Positions 13,413 through 24,568 of a stretch of DNA of 64,000 nt are shown one piece after another. The translations under genes were made by a program, and so were the position numbers. The notes below the pieces were generated by a model, which did no database searches, had not been told where the DNA came from, and saw only the letters and a list, made by a program, of their open reading frames with translations. Each line of letters starts with the position of its first letter. The first letter of the stretch is position 1. The DNA is from Malacoraja senta (Eukaryota), in assembly GCA_038087875.1 (NCBI GenBank), contig CM075988.1, positions 3,968,001-4,032,000 on the forward strand, written 5' to 3'.

Positions 13413-13951
13413 GTGTAAATCATGGTCCCAAAGAAACACAGAGTCGTAGAGAGATGCAACACAAGAACGGCCCCTTCGGCCCATTGAATCCATGACGTCA
13501 ACCAAACACTCATCTACTCTAAAGATAGACACAAAGTGCTGGAGTAACTCAGCGGGTCAGGCAGCATGGTTGGAGACAAGGGATGGGTGACATTTCAGGT
13601 CGGGACCCTTCTTCAGATGGGATCCTTTCCTATCCTTGGAAAGAACAAAGGGGGCGGAAAGGAAGAAGTTGGAAATCAATGTTCCCAAGTCCCACTCAGA
13701 CATGAAACAGGGATCAGCAACGATGGTGGAATGTCTGTGTTTGCAGCTTCAACTGAAGCGTAGCAGTCACCCAGATTCCAGCTAGCTCTCACCCCCACCT
13801 GATCTCAGTGGCGCTCGGGCCAATTCTAACAAGGACAGCTGCAACAACGTACAGGTTTGTAGGTTAATTGGCTTTGGTAAAAATTGTAACTTGTCCCTAG
13901 TGTGTAGGACAATGCTAGTGTATGGGGATCACTAAACTAAGCTGAACCTAA

Positions 13952-15062
13952 AGGGGCTGTCCCACGGCGGCGAAACTAATGGCAAGTTTAGAAGAGTTTA
14001 GGAGAGTTTGAAAAAGTGTCATGTTGAAGACCTCCTTTGACTATGTTGAAGACCAGCTTCGACTGGCTTCGGGAAAATTGGACACCGTATAGTGGAGACC
14101 TTCTTCGATCTCCTTCAACCTCCCTTCGACTATGTTGAAGACTATCTACGACTACCTTTGACTACCTTCGATTACCTTCGACTACCCTCGATTACCTACA
14201 ACTAACATGCCGACCTACTACGACCTACTTCGACTAAATCTACGAGTAAAAAATGTACAATACAATACAATACAATTTATTTGTCATTAGGACCCCTTGA
14301 GGTCCAAACGAAATGTCGTTTCTGCAGCCATACATTACAAAACGAAGAAGACCTGAGACACAACACAATTTACTCATACATCCATCACAGCACTGTGATG
14401 GAAGGCAAAAAAGTATCTCTCCACTGCACCCCTCCCCCCCGATGTCAGAGTCAAAGTCAAAGCCCCCGGCGGGCGATGGTGATTATCCCGCGGCCATTAA
14501 AGCCACGCCGGGTGATGCAAGGTCGCGCACCGGGTCTTGGTGTTAGAGCCCCGGCGCGCGCTCGCAAAGTCCCGCGGCCATTCCAAGCCGCGCGGGGCGA
14601 TGATGTAAAGCCCCGCTCCAGGTGCTCTTCAACCCCGCAACTTGGGCGGGAGAAGTCGCCGCTGCGGATGCCCTGAAAAGCGGTCTCCCACCAGGGAACC
14701 GCGGGCCTCCGGTGTTGCCGTCCGCCAGACCCGCGGTTGTAGCCTCCGAATCTCCGGGGGTCGGGTCGCAGCAGCGCCCCACCACAGCTCCACCCGCTCC
14801 GGACTCGGCCAGCCCCGAAACGACATTTCGTTTGGACCTCAATGGGGTCCAAATGACAAATAAATTGTATTGTATTGTATTGTATGTATCGATTTTTTCC
14901 ATGGCGACCTAGCTGAGGCCTCGAGTACGCGGGGACTACTCTCGAGCATGAAGGAGAGTTCCAAAGACCTCCTAGGACCTCATGTCGATCAGGCTGCGAG
15001 TATGAGTCGAGGGCAAACTCGTCAGAACTCGCGGATTAGGTCGCCCAAGTGGAACAGGCTCT
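13952..15062. mobile_element. PIF/Harbinger-type MITE containing a nested double-tailed retroelement
   Basis: TIRs AGGGGCTGTCCCAC / GTGGAACAGGCTCT, TAA duplicated at 13949-13951 and 15063-15065; internal (CGACTA)-rich repeats. Confidence 0.85.
14256..14884 (-). mobile_element. 5'-truncated GC-rich non-autonomous non-LTR element with a second, inverted 3' end
   Basis: 14256-14816 is the reverse complement of part of the element at 20281-21130; 14817-14884 is a forward 3' stem-loop plus (TATTG)n tail. Confidence 0.85.
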
Positions 15063-15099
15063 TAACACCACCACAATCTAGAGGTGCTGGGATGCACTG

Positions 15100-15320
15100 T
15101 CCACGGGCGCCCTGGGGGATTTCCAGGACCGCTGGGCAGCGCGGGGGGTGCAATGCATCCTCAATAAAGATGGGGATATAGTTGTATAGTAGTTTATTTA
15201 GTATTTAATTATATTTGTTTTACTTTGTATTATGATGGTGGGTTTGTTTGTATTGTTCTGTATTGTACGTATCATTTTTGTAAATAATTGATTTAAATTA
15301 TATTTGATGGAAAACAAAAT
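15100..15320 (+). mobile_element. Tx1-clade LINE 3' end
   Basis: Matches 30930-31130 (GxFxDRWAxxGVxCILNK) plus T-rich 3' UTR and A tail. Confidence 0.75.
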
Positions 15321-15451
15321 GGAGGAAGGAGTCGGGCAGCGTCTATAGAGGAGGTGGACAGACCACACTGAGAGATCAGCTGGCTGTTTGCTGTACAGCT
15401 CTACCTCTGGAGCTCTGGAGTACCTCTAGATAGTGGCAGCAGTAGGTGTGG

Positions 15452-15709
15452 TTTAGCTGAGTTTAGATTAGTGATCTCCGTACACGAGTGCTATCCGACA
15501 CACGCCAGGGACAATTTACAATTTTTACCAAAGTTAATTAACCTACAAACCTGTACGTCTGGAGCGTGGGAGGAAACCGGAGCTCCCGGAGAAAGCCCAC
15601 GCAGGTCATGGGGAGAACGTACAGACTCCTTACAGGCAGCACCCGTAGGCAGGATTGAACCTGGGTCTCTGGCTCTGGGAGGCAGAAGCTCCACTGACTT
15701 GCCACTGTG
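15452..15709 (-). mobile_element. HE1 SINE
   Basis: Core and head motifs on the reverse strand. Confidence 0.8.
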
Positions 15710-15981
15710 GTGAAGGGGAAGGCTGGTGATTGTAAACTGTGCGTGAACTCATCAGAACGGGTTCCAAAGGTTTGTGGTCAGTTTGGGGGAGAGTTGCATG
15801 GGGACCTGGGAAAGACCATAAGGCTGGGAAGTCACACCATGGATACTGCCAGCTGCGAAGGTGGGGTTCAGCATGGCAGGGGCACCTCACACAAACATCT
15901 GTGAATCTGCAGAGGAGTTGCCCCATACTCTTCAGAAGCAGGGAGGCAGGTCGATGATACATCCCCAGATACAGAAGCACT

Positions 15982-16127
15982 GGAGACACAAGGAACTGCA
16001 GGTGCTGGAATCTTGAGTAAAACACAAAGTGCTGGAGTAACTCTGAAGCCACGACCACAAGTGTCACATATCCACTCCCTCCACAAATGCTGCCCGACCC
16101 GCTGAGTTACTCCAGCACTTTGTGTTC
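15982..16127. mobile_element. Fold-back Penelope pLTR mini-element with 12-bp TSD
   Basis: ACACAAAGTGCTGGAGTAACTC ... GAGTTACTCCAGCACTTTGTGT; TACAGAAGCACT at 15970-15981 and 16128-16139. Confidence 0.8.
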
Positions 16128-16139
16128 TACAGAAGCACT

Positions 16140-16575
16140 ATCATAGAGTGATACAGTGTGGACACAGGCCCATCAGCCCAACCTGCCCACACCGGCCAAC
16201 ATGTCCCAGCTACACTAGTCCCACCTGTCAGCATTTGGTCCATATCCCTCCAAACCTGTCCTATCTTTGTACCTGTCTAACTGTTTCTTAAATGCTGGGA
16301 TAGTCCCGGCCTCAACTACCTCCTCTGGCAGCTTGTTCCATACACCCACCACCCTCTGTGTGAAAATGTTACCCCTCAGATTCCTAATAAATCTTTTCCC
16401 CTTCACTTTAAACCTATGTCGTCTGGTCCTCGATTCCCCTACTCTGGGCAAGAGACTCTGTGCATCTACCCGATCTATTCCTCTCATGATTTTATACATC
16501 TCAATAAGATCACCCCTCATCCTCCTGCGCTTCAAGGAATAGAGTCCCAGCCTACTCAACCTCTCCCTTTAGCTC
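16140..16575 (-). mobile_element. CR1/HER1 LINE 3' fragment (well preserved)
   Basis: ORF 16215-16559: RLGLYSLKRRRMRGDLIEMYKIMRGIDRVD...WNKLPEEVVEAG. Confidence 0.92.
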
Positions 16576-16654
16576 AGTCCTTTTCCTTTCCAAGTCCCTC
16601 TGAGCTCCTTTGGGATGTCACGTTTCTATTGCAGTTCCAGGATCTGTGATACTT

Positions 16655-17020
16655 AAGCATTCGCATTACGGAGAGCACAGGAAGCCTGTGACTAACGTGA
16701 TTAAATGTTTTCAGGAGGAAACAAAGAAGCATGATGAGGGCTGCAGTTTTTTCATGCAGCCTACATAGATCTTGGCAAAGGCTTTTGACATTTTCCCAAG
16801 TAATAGGCCGGTCAAAGGAGCAAAAAGCACACATGATCCAAGGGAGAGTGGAACATCAGGTCCAATAACAGCTCCGTGGCTAATGTTAGATGGATTAGCT
16901 AAAATGGTAATGATGGACAGGGGTCTGAGTGACCGGAAAGTGGTGGTTTCATCGTGAACAATACTGGGTTCCTTGCTTAGTGTGACATATATTAATGAGT
17001 TGGATGTAAGTGTAGGAACA
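16655..17020 (+). mobile_element. Ancient CR1 reverse transcriptase core fragment
   Basis: Decayed TNVIKCFQEETKKHDEG...YIDLAKAFD...LGSLL..TYINELD resembles CR1 RT motifs (TNLIEFFEEVT..YMDFSKAFD..IYINDLD). Confidence 0.7.
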
Positions 17021-17042
17021 ATAAACAAACTGCTGGAAAAAC

Positions 17043-17340
17043 TTACAGTGCCAGAGGCCTGGGTTCGATCCTGACTACGGGTGCTGTCTGTACGGAGTTT
17101 ACATGTTCTCCCTGTGACCGCGTGGGTTTTCTCCGGGTGCTCCGGTTTCCTCCCACATTGTAGGTTTTTAAGAAGGAACTGCAGATGCTGGAAAATCGAA
17201 GGTACACAACAATGCTGGAGAAACTCAGCGGGTGAAGCAGCACAGGCCCTTTAGTGTGTGGGTGATCGTTGGTCGGCACTGACTCGATGGGCCGAATGGG
17301 CTGTTTCCACTTTGTATCTCTAAAGTCTAAAATGTCTAAA
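17043..17340 (+). mobile_element. HE1 SINE with a Penelope pLTR piece inserted (approx. 17168-17242)
   Basis: B-box GGTTCGATCC, core and tail; insert GAAGGAACTGCAGATGCTGG. Confidence 0.8.
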
Positions 17341-17499
17341 AAACTCATTGGGTCATTAACATCTGTGGGGGAAAAGGGATATTTGATGTTTTGAGTCGAG
17401 ACCCGCCATAAGGCCACCCAAGTGTAAAGGTTTTGATGGACACAAAATGCTGGAGTGACTCAGCGGGACAGGCAGCATCTCTGGAGAGAAGGAATGGGT

Positions 17500-17527
17500 G
17501 ACGTTTCAGGTCGAGACCCTTCTTCAG
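17500..17527 (-). ncRNA. Minimal hammerhead ribozyme core in Penelope pLTR
   Basis: Reverse complement CTGAAGA A GGGT CTCG ACCT GAAA CG TC. Confidence 0.55.
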
Positions 17528-18492
17528 ACTCACTCAGGGTTTTGATGTTCAGGTGGTGGCTGCTACAATGAATGGTCATGTACCTTACTAGATGGTTGGA
17601 TAAAGGCCAGGGATGAAAATACAAAAAGTGTGAGACAAGGAGATAAGGTGTAGAATATTTTGCCAGTAGAAGGAATATAGGTGGAAGGGATGGAGGGAAG
17701 GGGAAAGAGAGAGATTGGTGCACACCCAGATGGGACACAGGGAAGAAAGGTGGGAGGGGGGGGCAGGAATGGAAAGGGAATGGATGGGTTGTTTACCTAA
17801 GATTGGAGGATTCAATGTTCATACCATTGGGGTGCAAGCGAGCAAGTGGAATATGAGGTGCTGTTCCTCCTGGTTGTTGTGTGGGATCACTCTGCCAATG
17901 GAGGAGACCCAGGGCAGAAAGGTCAGTGTGGCAATGGGAAGGGGAGTTAAAATGCTTAGCAAGATAGACGATGACTGAACGTTATTGCCTGTGAAGAATG
18001 CTGGTTCCACTGTGGTGGATGTTTATGTTAAATTCTATTGTGTATTGTGTTCTTTTTAATTGTCTGGCTGTATGGCAACTCAAATATCACTGTACCTAAA
18101 TTGGTGCATGGGACGATAAATGTGAACTTGAACTTGAACCGGGAGATCCAGCAATGTACTTGAGGCCACATTGGTGGCACCACATGCAGTAGATGAGGTG
18201 AGAGGAGGTGCACGGGAATCTCTTTCTCACCTGGAAGGACCGCTGAGGTCCCTGGATGGAAGGGAGGGAGGAGGTACAGGAACAGGTATTACATCTCTTA
18301 CAGTTGCAGGGGAAACCTAGGGAGAAGGTGGTTTAGGTGGGAAGGGATGTGTGAACCAAGGGGCTGTGGACAGAGTTCAGATTCAGTTCATATTAGATTA
18401 GATTCATATTATATTCATATTATAATATTCATATTAGATGAGACCAGTGGAGGTCAGTGAAAATGGAAGTGAAGATCAACTGGGTTTGTTTT

Positions 18493-18930
18493 ACATAGAA
18501 ACATAGAAAATAGGTGCAGGAGGAGGCCATTCGGCCCTTTGAGCCAGCACCGCCATTCATTGTGATCATGGCTGATCGTCCCCAATCAATAACCCGTGCC
18601 TGCCTTCTCCCCACATCCCTTGATTCCACTAGCCCCTAGAGCTCTATCTAACTCTCCCTTAAATCCATCCAGTGACTTGGCCTCCACTGCCATCTGTGGC
18701 AGGGAATTTCACAAATTCACAACTCTCTGGGTGAAAAAGTTTTTTCTCACCTCAGTCTTAAATGGCCTCCCCTTTATTCTAAGACGGTGGCCCCTGGTTC
18801 TGGACTCGCCCAAGATTTGGGGACATTTTTCCTGCATCTCGCTTGTCCAGTCCTTCTATAATTTTATATGTTTCTATAAGATTCCCCCTCATCCTTCTAA
18901 ACTCCAGCGAATACAAGCCTAGTCTTTTCA
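18493..18930 (-). mobile_element. CR1 LINE 3' fragment with (TTTCTATG)n tail
   Basis: catagaaa repeats, GAAGGGCCGAATGGCC-type tail and FFTQRVVNLWNSLP on the reverse strand. Confidence 0.88.
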
Positions 18931-19035
18931 ATCTTAGCCTAGTCTTTTCATACTGTGAATGTGCAGAGTGTGATAACTAAGGTTCGTGAACTAGTCACAG
19001 ACAGCTGCCTGGAATGTCAAACAGGAGCGTTAACA

Positions 19036-19320
19036 GGGCGGCACGGTGGCGCAGCGGTAGAGTTGCTGCCTTACAGTATCAGAGATCCTGACTACGGGTG
19101 CTGTCTGTACGGAGTTTGCACGTTCACCCCCGTGACCTACGTGGGTTTTCTCAGAGATCTTCGGTTTCCTCCCACACTCCAATGACGTGCAGGTTTGTAG
19201 GTTAGTTGTCCCCTGGATAGTGTTAGAATGCGGGGATCGCTGGTCGGAGTGGACTCGGTGGGACGAAGGGCCTGTTTCAGAGCTGATTCTCTAGAACTAA
19301 ATCTAAAAGTGAAACTAAAA
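19036..19320 (+). mobile_element. HE1 SINE
   Basis: GGCGGCACGGTGGCGCAGCGGTAGAG head, core, tail. Confidence 0.88.
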
Positions 19321-19344
19321 TAGAATCAGCTGAGCAACGGCATT

Positions 19345-19455
19345 AAATACTCCTGGAACCAAAGTGCTCAGGAAGTACAGGGGAGGGAAGGGAGGAGGAG
19401 GGGTAGCAATGTTGACTAAAAGAGAATCTTACAGTAGGGAAGAGAGAGAGGATGG
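19345..19455 (+). mobile_element. CR1 AP-endonuclease fragment (ancient)
   Basis: LRKYRGGKGGGGVAMLTK resembles the R.DR..GKGGGVAL motif. Confidence 0.55.
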
Positions 19456-20280
19456 CACAGAGACAGAGCTGTTTTCTGGCGGCAAGCGGGAATATGGAGC
19501 TGCTGATGTGAAGGATACAGGAGAAACAAACTCACAATTCCACAGCTCTCTGGATGGCAAAAGAAGTACAGAGGAAGAGGAAGCAAAGAAAAGGCTGCAC
19601 TCTGACAAGATATAAATGCCTGTAAGAATCAAAAATGGACACAAACCGCTGCAGCAACTCAGCGCCGTTTCGGGTCGAGGCCCTTCTTGGGACTGAGAGT
19701 GAGGGGAAAGGGAAACGAGAGATATAGACGGCGATGTAGAGAGATATACTGTAGAACAAATGAATGCAGGATGTGCAAAACAAGTGACGATGATAAAGGA
19801 AACAGGCCATTGTTAGCTGTGGGCTAGGTGAAAATGGAGTTACAGACAATGAGACTCAACAAGACGACTTTGAAGTTAGTACGACGGGTGGGGTAGGGAT
19901 GGAGAGAGAGAGGGCTGCAAGGGTTACTTGAAGGTAGAGAAATCAATATTAATATTTTAAATATTGAATCAATATTCATCCAGGCTGTTTACGAAGGAAG
20001 TGAAGGTGGAGGATAGTGGGGGGGGGTTGTTAAAATTAAAGCTAGGTCATCAAAGATTGCGTACGTTAAAAGGTTAGCTGCCACATTCAATGGCATTGGT
20101 CTTCTTTGGGCTAATTATTAATGAAATGTGTGTTGTTCCTGGAGAAATGAGGCCCATTAAAGGCACGAATGTGAGCTTGCATATGGGGACTGGGGGATAT
20201 GCCCATGTATAAACTGAGCACTCTGCAGCTGTCGTTAGAAGGGAAGAGGATGCTTCCAGAGTAATAATAAAATCGTGTTC

Positions 20281-21130
20281 GTGGGCGGCGCGACTCTCGT
20301 CAGCAGCGGCCTCTGCAGTCCGTCTGTCTTTTTATTATTTTTGTCTCGTTTCTATGTAGTTTTTATTATTATTTTTTTTGTCGGGGTATGTGTGGGGGGG
20401 GGGGGGACTTTATAATCTTTCTCCTGCACGGGAGACCCGACCTTTACTTTGTCGGGTCTCCGTTGTCGTTGGGGCTGGGCAACGTGGAGCGGCCTCCAGC
20501 AGGAACGACCTGGGGCTCCAGTTGCGGAGCTGCGGACTACTCACCGTCACGGGGCTGGCCGAGTCCAGAGCGGGTGGAGCTGTGGTGGAGCGCTGCTGCG
20601 ACCCGACCCCCGGAGATTCGGAGGCTGCAGCTGCGGGTCTGGCGGACACCGCCAGACCTGGTGGGAGACCGCTTTTCGGGGCTTCCTCAGCGGCGACTTC
20701 TCCCGCCCGAGTTGCGGGGTTGAAGAGCACCTGGAGCGGGGCTTTACATCACCGCCCCGCGCGGCTTGGAATGGCCGCGGGACTTTGCGAGCGCGCGCCG
20801 GGGCTCTAACACCAAGACCCGGTGCGCGACCTTGCATTAACCGGCGTGGCTTTAATGGCCGCGGGATAATCATCATCGCCCGCCGGGGGCTTTGACTTTG
20901 ACTCTGACATCGGGGGGGGGGGGGGGGGGAGTGCAGTGGAGAGATACGTTTTTTGCCTTCCATCACAGCGCTGTGATGGATGTATGTGTAAATTGTGTTG
21001 TGTCTCAGGTCTTCTTCGTTTTGTAATGTATGGCTGCAGAAACGACATTTCGTTTGGACCTCAACGGGGTCCAAATGACAAATAAATTGTATTGTATTGT
21101 ATTGTATTGTATTGTATTGTATTGTATTGT
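20281..21130 (+). mobile_element. GC-rich non-autonomous non-LTR retroelement with Rex1/Babar-like 3' stem-loop and (TATTG)n tail
   Basis: Second copy at 14256-14816; 3' hairpin TTTGGACC...GGTCCAAA, AATAAA, tattg tail. Confidence 0.75.
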
Positions 21131-21249
21131 AATAGCAAAGGAGGAGAATGGTGAGACGTGGATCATTAAAGGTTCATGGGATCTCCAAAGATGCTATCTG
21201 ACCCGCTGAGTTACTCCAGCTTTTTGTATTTATCTTTAGTATTAGAAAC

Positions 21250-21625
21250 AAGGTCATAAGGCCTTGTGATAGGAGCAGAATTAGGCCATTCGGCCCATCT
21301 GGTCTACTTCGCCATTCAGTCATGCCTGATCTATCTCTCCCTCCTAACCCCATTTCGTCTGCTTTCTCCCCATAACCCCTGACACCCGCACTAATCACGA
21401 ATCTATCTATCTCTGCCTTAAAAATATCCATTGACTTGGCCTCCACAGCCTTCTGTGGCAATGAATTCCACAGATTTGCCACCCTCTGACTAAAGAAATT
21501 CCTCCTCATCTTCCTAACAGAACGTCCTTTAATTCTGAGGCTATGACCTCTAGTCCTAGATTCTCCCACTGGTGGAAACATCCTCTTCACATCCACTCTA
21601 TCCAGGCCTTTCACTATTTGGTAAG
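21250..21625 (-). mobile_element. CR1 LINE 3' fragment
   Basis: ORF 21174-21638: IVKGLDRVDVKRMFP...FFSQRVANLWNSLPQKAVEA. Confidence 0.9.
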
Positions 21626-21646
21626 TTTGGTATTTCATTAAGAAAT

Positions 21647-21947
21647 GTTTAGTTTAGTTTAGATTAGATTAGATTAGAGATACATCACAGAAACCGGCCC
21701 GTCGATCCACGCCTACCAGCGATCCCCGCAAACATTACCCGACACACATTAGGGACAACTTACAATACTACTGAAGTCAATTAGCCTACAAACCTGAACG
21801 TGTTTGGAGTGTAGGAGGAAACCGGAGCACCAGGAGAAAACCCACGCAGGTCACAGGGAGAACGTGCAAACGCCGTACAGAGAGCACCCGTAGTCAGGAA
21901 CGAACCCGGATCTCTAGCGAACTCTACCCGCCGCGCCACCATGCCAC
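21647..21947 (-). mobile_element. HE1 SINE
   Basis: Tail repeats, core and B-box on the reverse strand. Confidence 0.85.
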
Positions 21948-22409
21948 CAGAATGTTGGCTGAACTTAAAGTAGGCACATCATCAGACCAGGTGAGATGCA
22001 TCCTAATGTTTTATGGGAAGAATCGAACTTTCTCTCCCCCAAATACAATCAGTCTGAAGAAGAATCTTGAACAGAAACATCACCTATCCATGTCTAATCA
22101 GAGATGTTGCCCGACCTGCAGAGTTACTCCAGCATTTGTGTTTTTGTTTGTAAACCAGCATCTGCTGTTCCGTCTGTCTAGATGATTACTTTGTGGCACA
22201 AATATTACTTGCAACATCATAATTGGTGTAGCTAATGGGCCTGTAAATTAAGCAAGTGTTATTTACCGCAGCAAGAAGAATTTCATTGTTCCGTTGAGGG
22301 CACATATGACAATTAAACATGCTTGACACTTCAATTTACTTCTAGTTAAATTCATAACTATGTTTGTCTCTCTCCAAAAATAACCAGTTAAATGCATTCA
22401 ATATATGAT

Positions 22410-23160
22410 ATGGTGGTGCCTGCAGCGATGGCAGCATCGCCAACAGTCTGTCTGTCTTTTCGTCTTTATTTGTTATTTTTAGTGTGTTTTAAACGTTTGT
22501 GTTAATGTTCTCTGGTCTGTTTTATGTGGGTGGTGGGGGAGGGGGTCGGGGGAAACCTTTTTCAATCGCTTACCTTGCCGGAGATGCGATTGTTTTCCCG
22601 GTCGTATATCCGGTCGCTCTGCGGCCTAACATCGTGGAGCTGGTGGCCTTGCTCGGGACTGACTTTGAGCCCCACTGCGGGGCCGTGGACTTACCATCGG
22701 AGCCGATCCCTTGCCTGGGATCGACGTTCCTGCGGATTTCAACATCGAGGAGCTCGCAGTCTCGGTTAGAGACCGATGTCGGGAAGCTCCAAGCTGCAGG
22801 AGGTTTGACTAGCCCCAACCCTAGGTCCGATCGCCCGGCGTGGGGAGCTGAGATCCACCCGATGCGGGAGCTTGATCGCCCCGATGAGGAGGGCTCGACC
22901 GCCGGATGCAGAAGCCAAGATCGTCACGTCAACGGAAGGCTCGAGACCCCGACCATGGGAGAACAAAGAAGGGAAGAGATTGAATTTTTGTTTCGCCTTC
23001 CATCACAGTGAGGAATGTGGAGGAGTCACTGTGGTGGATGTTTATGTTAAACATTTATTTGGATGTCTTGCTGTTCTTTATTGGTTTGACTGTATGGCAA
23101 ATCAAATTCCTCATATGCTGCAAAACACACTTGGCTAATAAATTACTATTATTATTATTA
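22410..23160 (+). mobile_element. GC-rich non-autonomous element related in architecture to 20281-21130
   Basis: Same layout: CAGTCTGTCTGTCTTT 5' part, G-run, CpG-rich body, CCTTCCATCACAG, GTGGATGTTTATGTTAAA, AATAAA plus (TAT)n tail. Confidence 0.6.
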
Positions 23161-23332
23161 TATACAATATATATAAATATTCATAAAATCATAAAAGCTA
23201 GGAGCATAGACAGGCCATTCGCCCCATCGAGTCTACTCCAGCATTCAATCATGCCTGATCTATCTTTCCCTCTCAACCTCATTCTCCTGCCTTCTCCCCA
23301 TAACCTTTGACATCTTTACTAATCAAGAATCT

Positions 23333-23532
23333 NNNNNNNNNNNNNNNNNNNNNNNNNNNNNNNNNNNNNNNNNNNNNNNNNNNNNNNNNNNNNNNNNNNN
23401 NNNNNNNNNNNNNNNNNNNNNNNNNNNNNNNNNNNNNNNNNNNNNNNNNNNNNNNNNNNNNNNNNNNNNNNNNNNNNNNNNNNNNNNNNNNNNNNNNNNN
23501 NNNNNNNNNNNNNNNNNNNNNNNNNNNNNNNN
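23333..23532. other. Assembly gap (200 N)
   Basis: Run of N. Confidence 1.
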
Positions 23533-23615
23533 CCGGACTCACTCCAGTTCCCATTCAATACCGGACTCACTCCAGTTCCCATTCAATACCGGAGTCATTC
23601 CAGTTCCCATTTAAT
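23533..23615. repeat. 28-bp tandem repeat (CCGGACTCACTCCAGTTCCCATTCAATA) x ~3 abutting the gap
   Basis: Visible repeats; the array may continue into the gap. Confidence 0.85.
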
Positions 23616-23816
23616 GCTGGAGTCACTGATTCTACTCAATACTGGAGTCAAAATAAGTGCCTGAACAGTGGAGAGGAGTCAATGAGAATGGGGTACAACT
23701 GTAGTGATCAATAGAAGTAAAATTGCTGGGTAGATGGTTTTAAATGAGTTAAAACATGCTCAAGAAGGGCTGAAATTAAAAATAGAGAGGCTGTGTTGAA
23801 CCTGTATAGAACTCTG

Positions 23817-24040
23817 AGGTACACAAAAATGCTGGAGAAACTCAGCGGGTGCAGCAGCATCTATGGAGCGAAGGAAATAGGTAACGTTCAGGGCCGAAAC
23901 CCCTTCTTCAGACTGAAGAAGGGTTTCGGCCCGAAACGTTACCTATTTCCTTCGCTCCATAGATGCTGCTGCACCCGCTGAGTTTCTCCAGCATTTTGTG
24001 TACCTTCGATTTTCCAGCATCTGCAGTTCCTTCTTTAACA
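23817..24040. mobile_element. Fold-back Penelope pLTR mini-element with 15-bp TSD, inside an old CR1
   Basis: ~95-bp inverted arms centred at 23912; CTGTATAGAACTCTG at 23802-23816 and 24041-24055; host reads LNLYRTLVG. Confidence 0.88.
23913..23940 (+). ncRNA. Minimal hammerhead ribozyme core (UUCG-loop variant)
   Basis: CTGAAGA A GGGT TTCG GCCC GAAA CG TT. Confidence 0.6.
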
Positions 24041-24568
24041 CTGTATAGAACTCTGGTTGGACTCGTCAGAATGATGGTTCTTGTCATATAATAAACAGTA
24101 TCCAGAGATATTAAACAAACACAGAAGTTACATTTAACTGGATGAATTAAATATGCTGCAGCATTTTTTTCTGAAGAAGGGAAAATTAAGTATTTAATGA
24201 TGTGAACGTGGCGAGGATGCTTCCGTTTGTTGGGTGAGAATGTTAGCACAGACAGAAATAGAACAGAATCTTTTAGAGAGCTGAGAGAATTTTCCCAGAA
24301 GGTTACGATGTGGAACTTGCAACCAGTGGGAGAATGTCCAATGGTACTTTATTGTCACAGGTACCCAAATACAGTGAGATTCTTCTCTTGCACACACTTC
24401 AGTACAAATCTAACTATACACGAGCACAATCATACTGAAGTAGAAGAGTGAAAGAATAGTAGACTTCACAGAGGCAGTACGCAAGAGTTGCTGCTGCAAT
24501 AATGTCCTCTCATATGTGTCGGAAGGATGCTGGTTTACATCGAAGATAGACACAAAATGCTGGAGTAA

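Noticed and set aside
19036..19110. tRNA genes at A/B-box heads
   Set aside because: Each continues into the HE1 core and CR1-like tail; these are SINE heads with no acceptor stem or poly-T terminator
20378..21074. Overlapping 100-175 aa ORFs in GC-rich elements (also 14281-14912, 22499-23011)
   Set aside because: Open on both strands and several frames because of GC richness; no domain; frames not preserved between copies
23279..23714. ORFs spanning the N run
   Set aside because: Artefacts of the assembly gap
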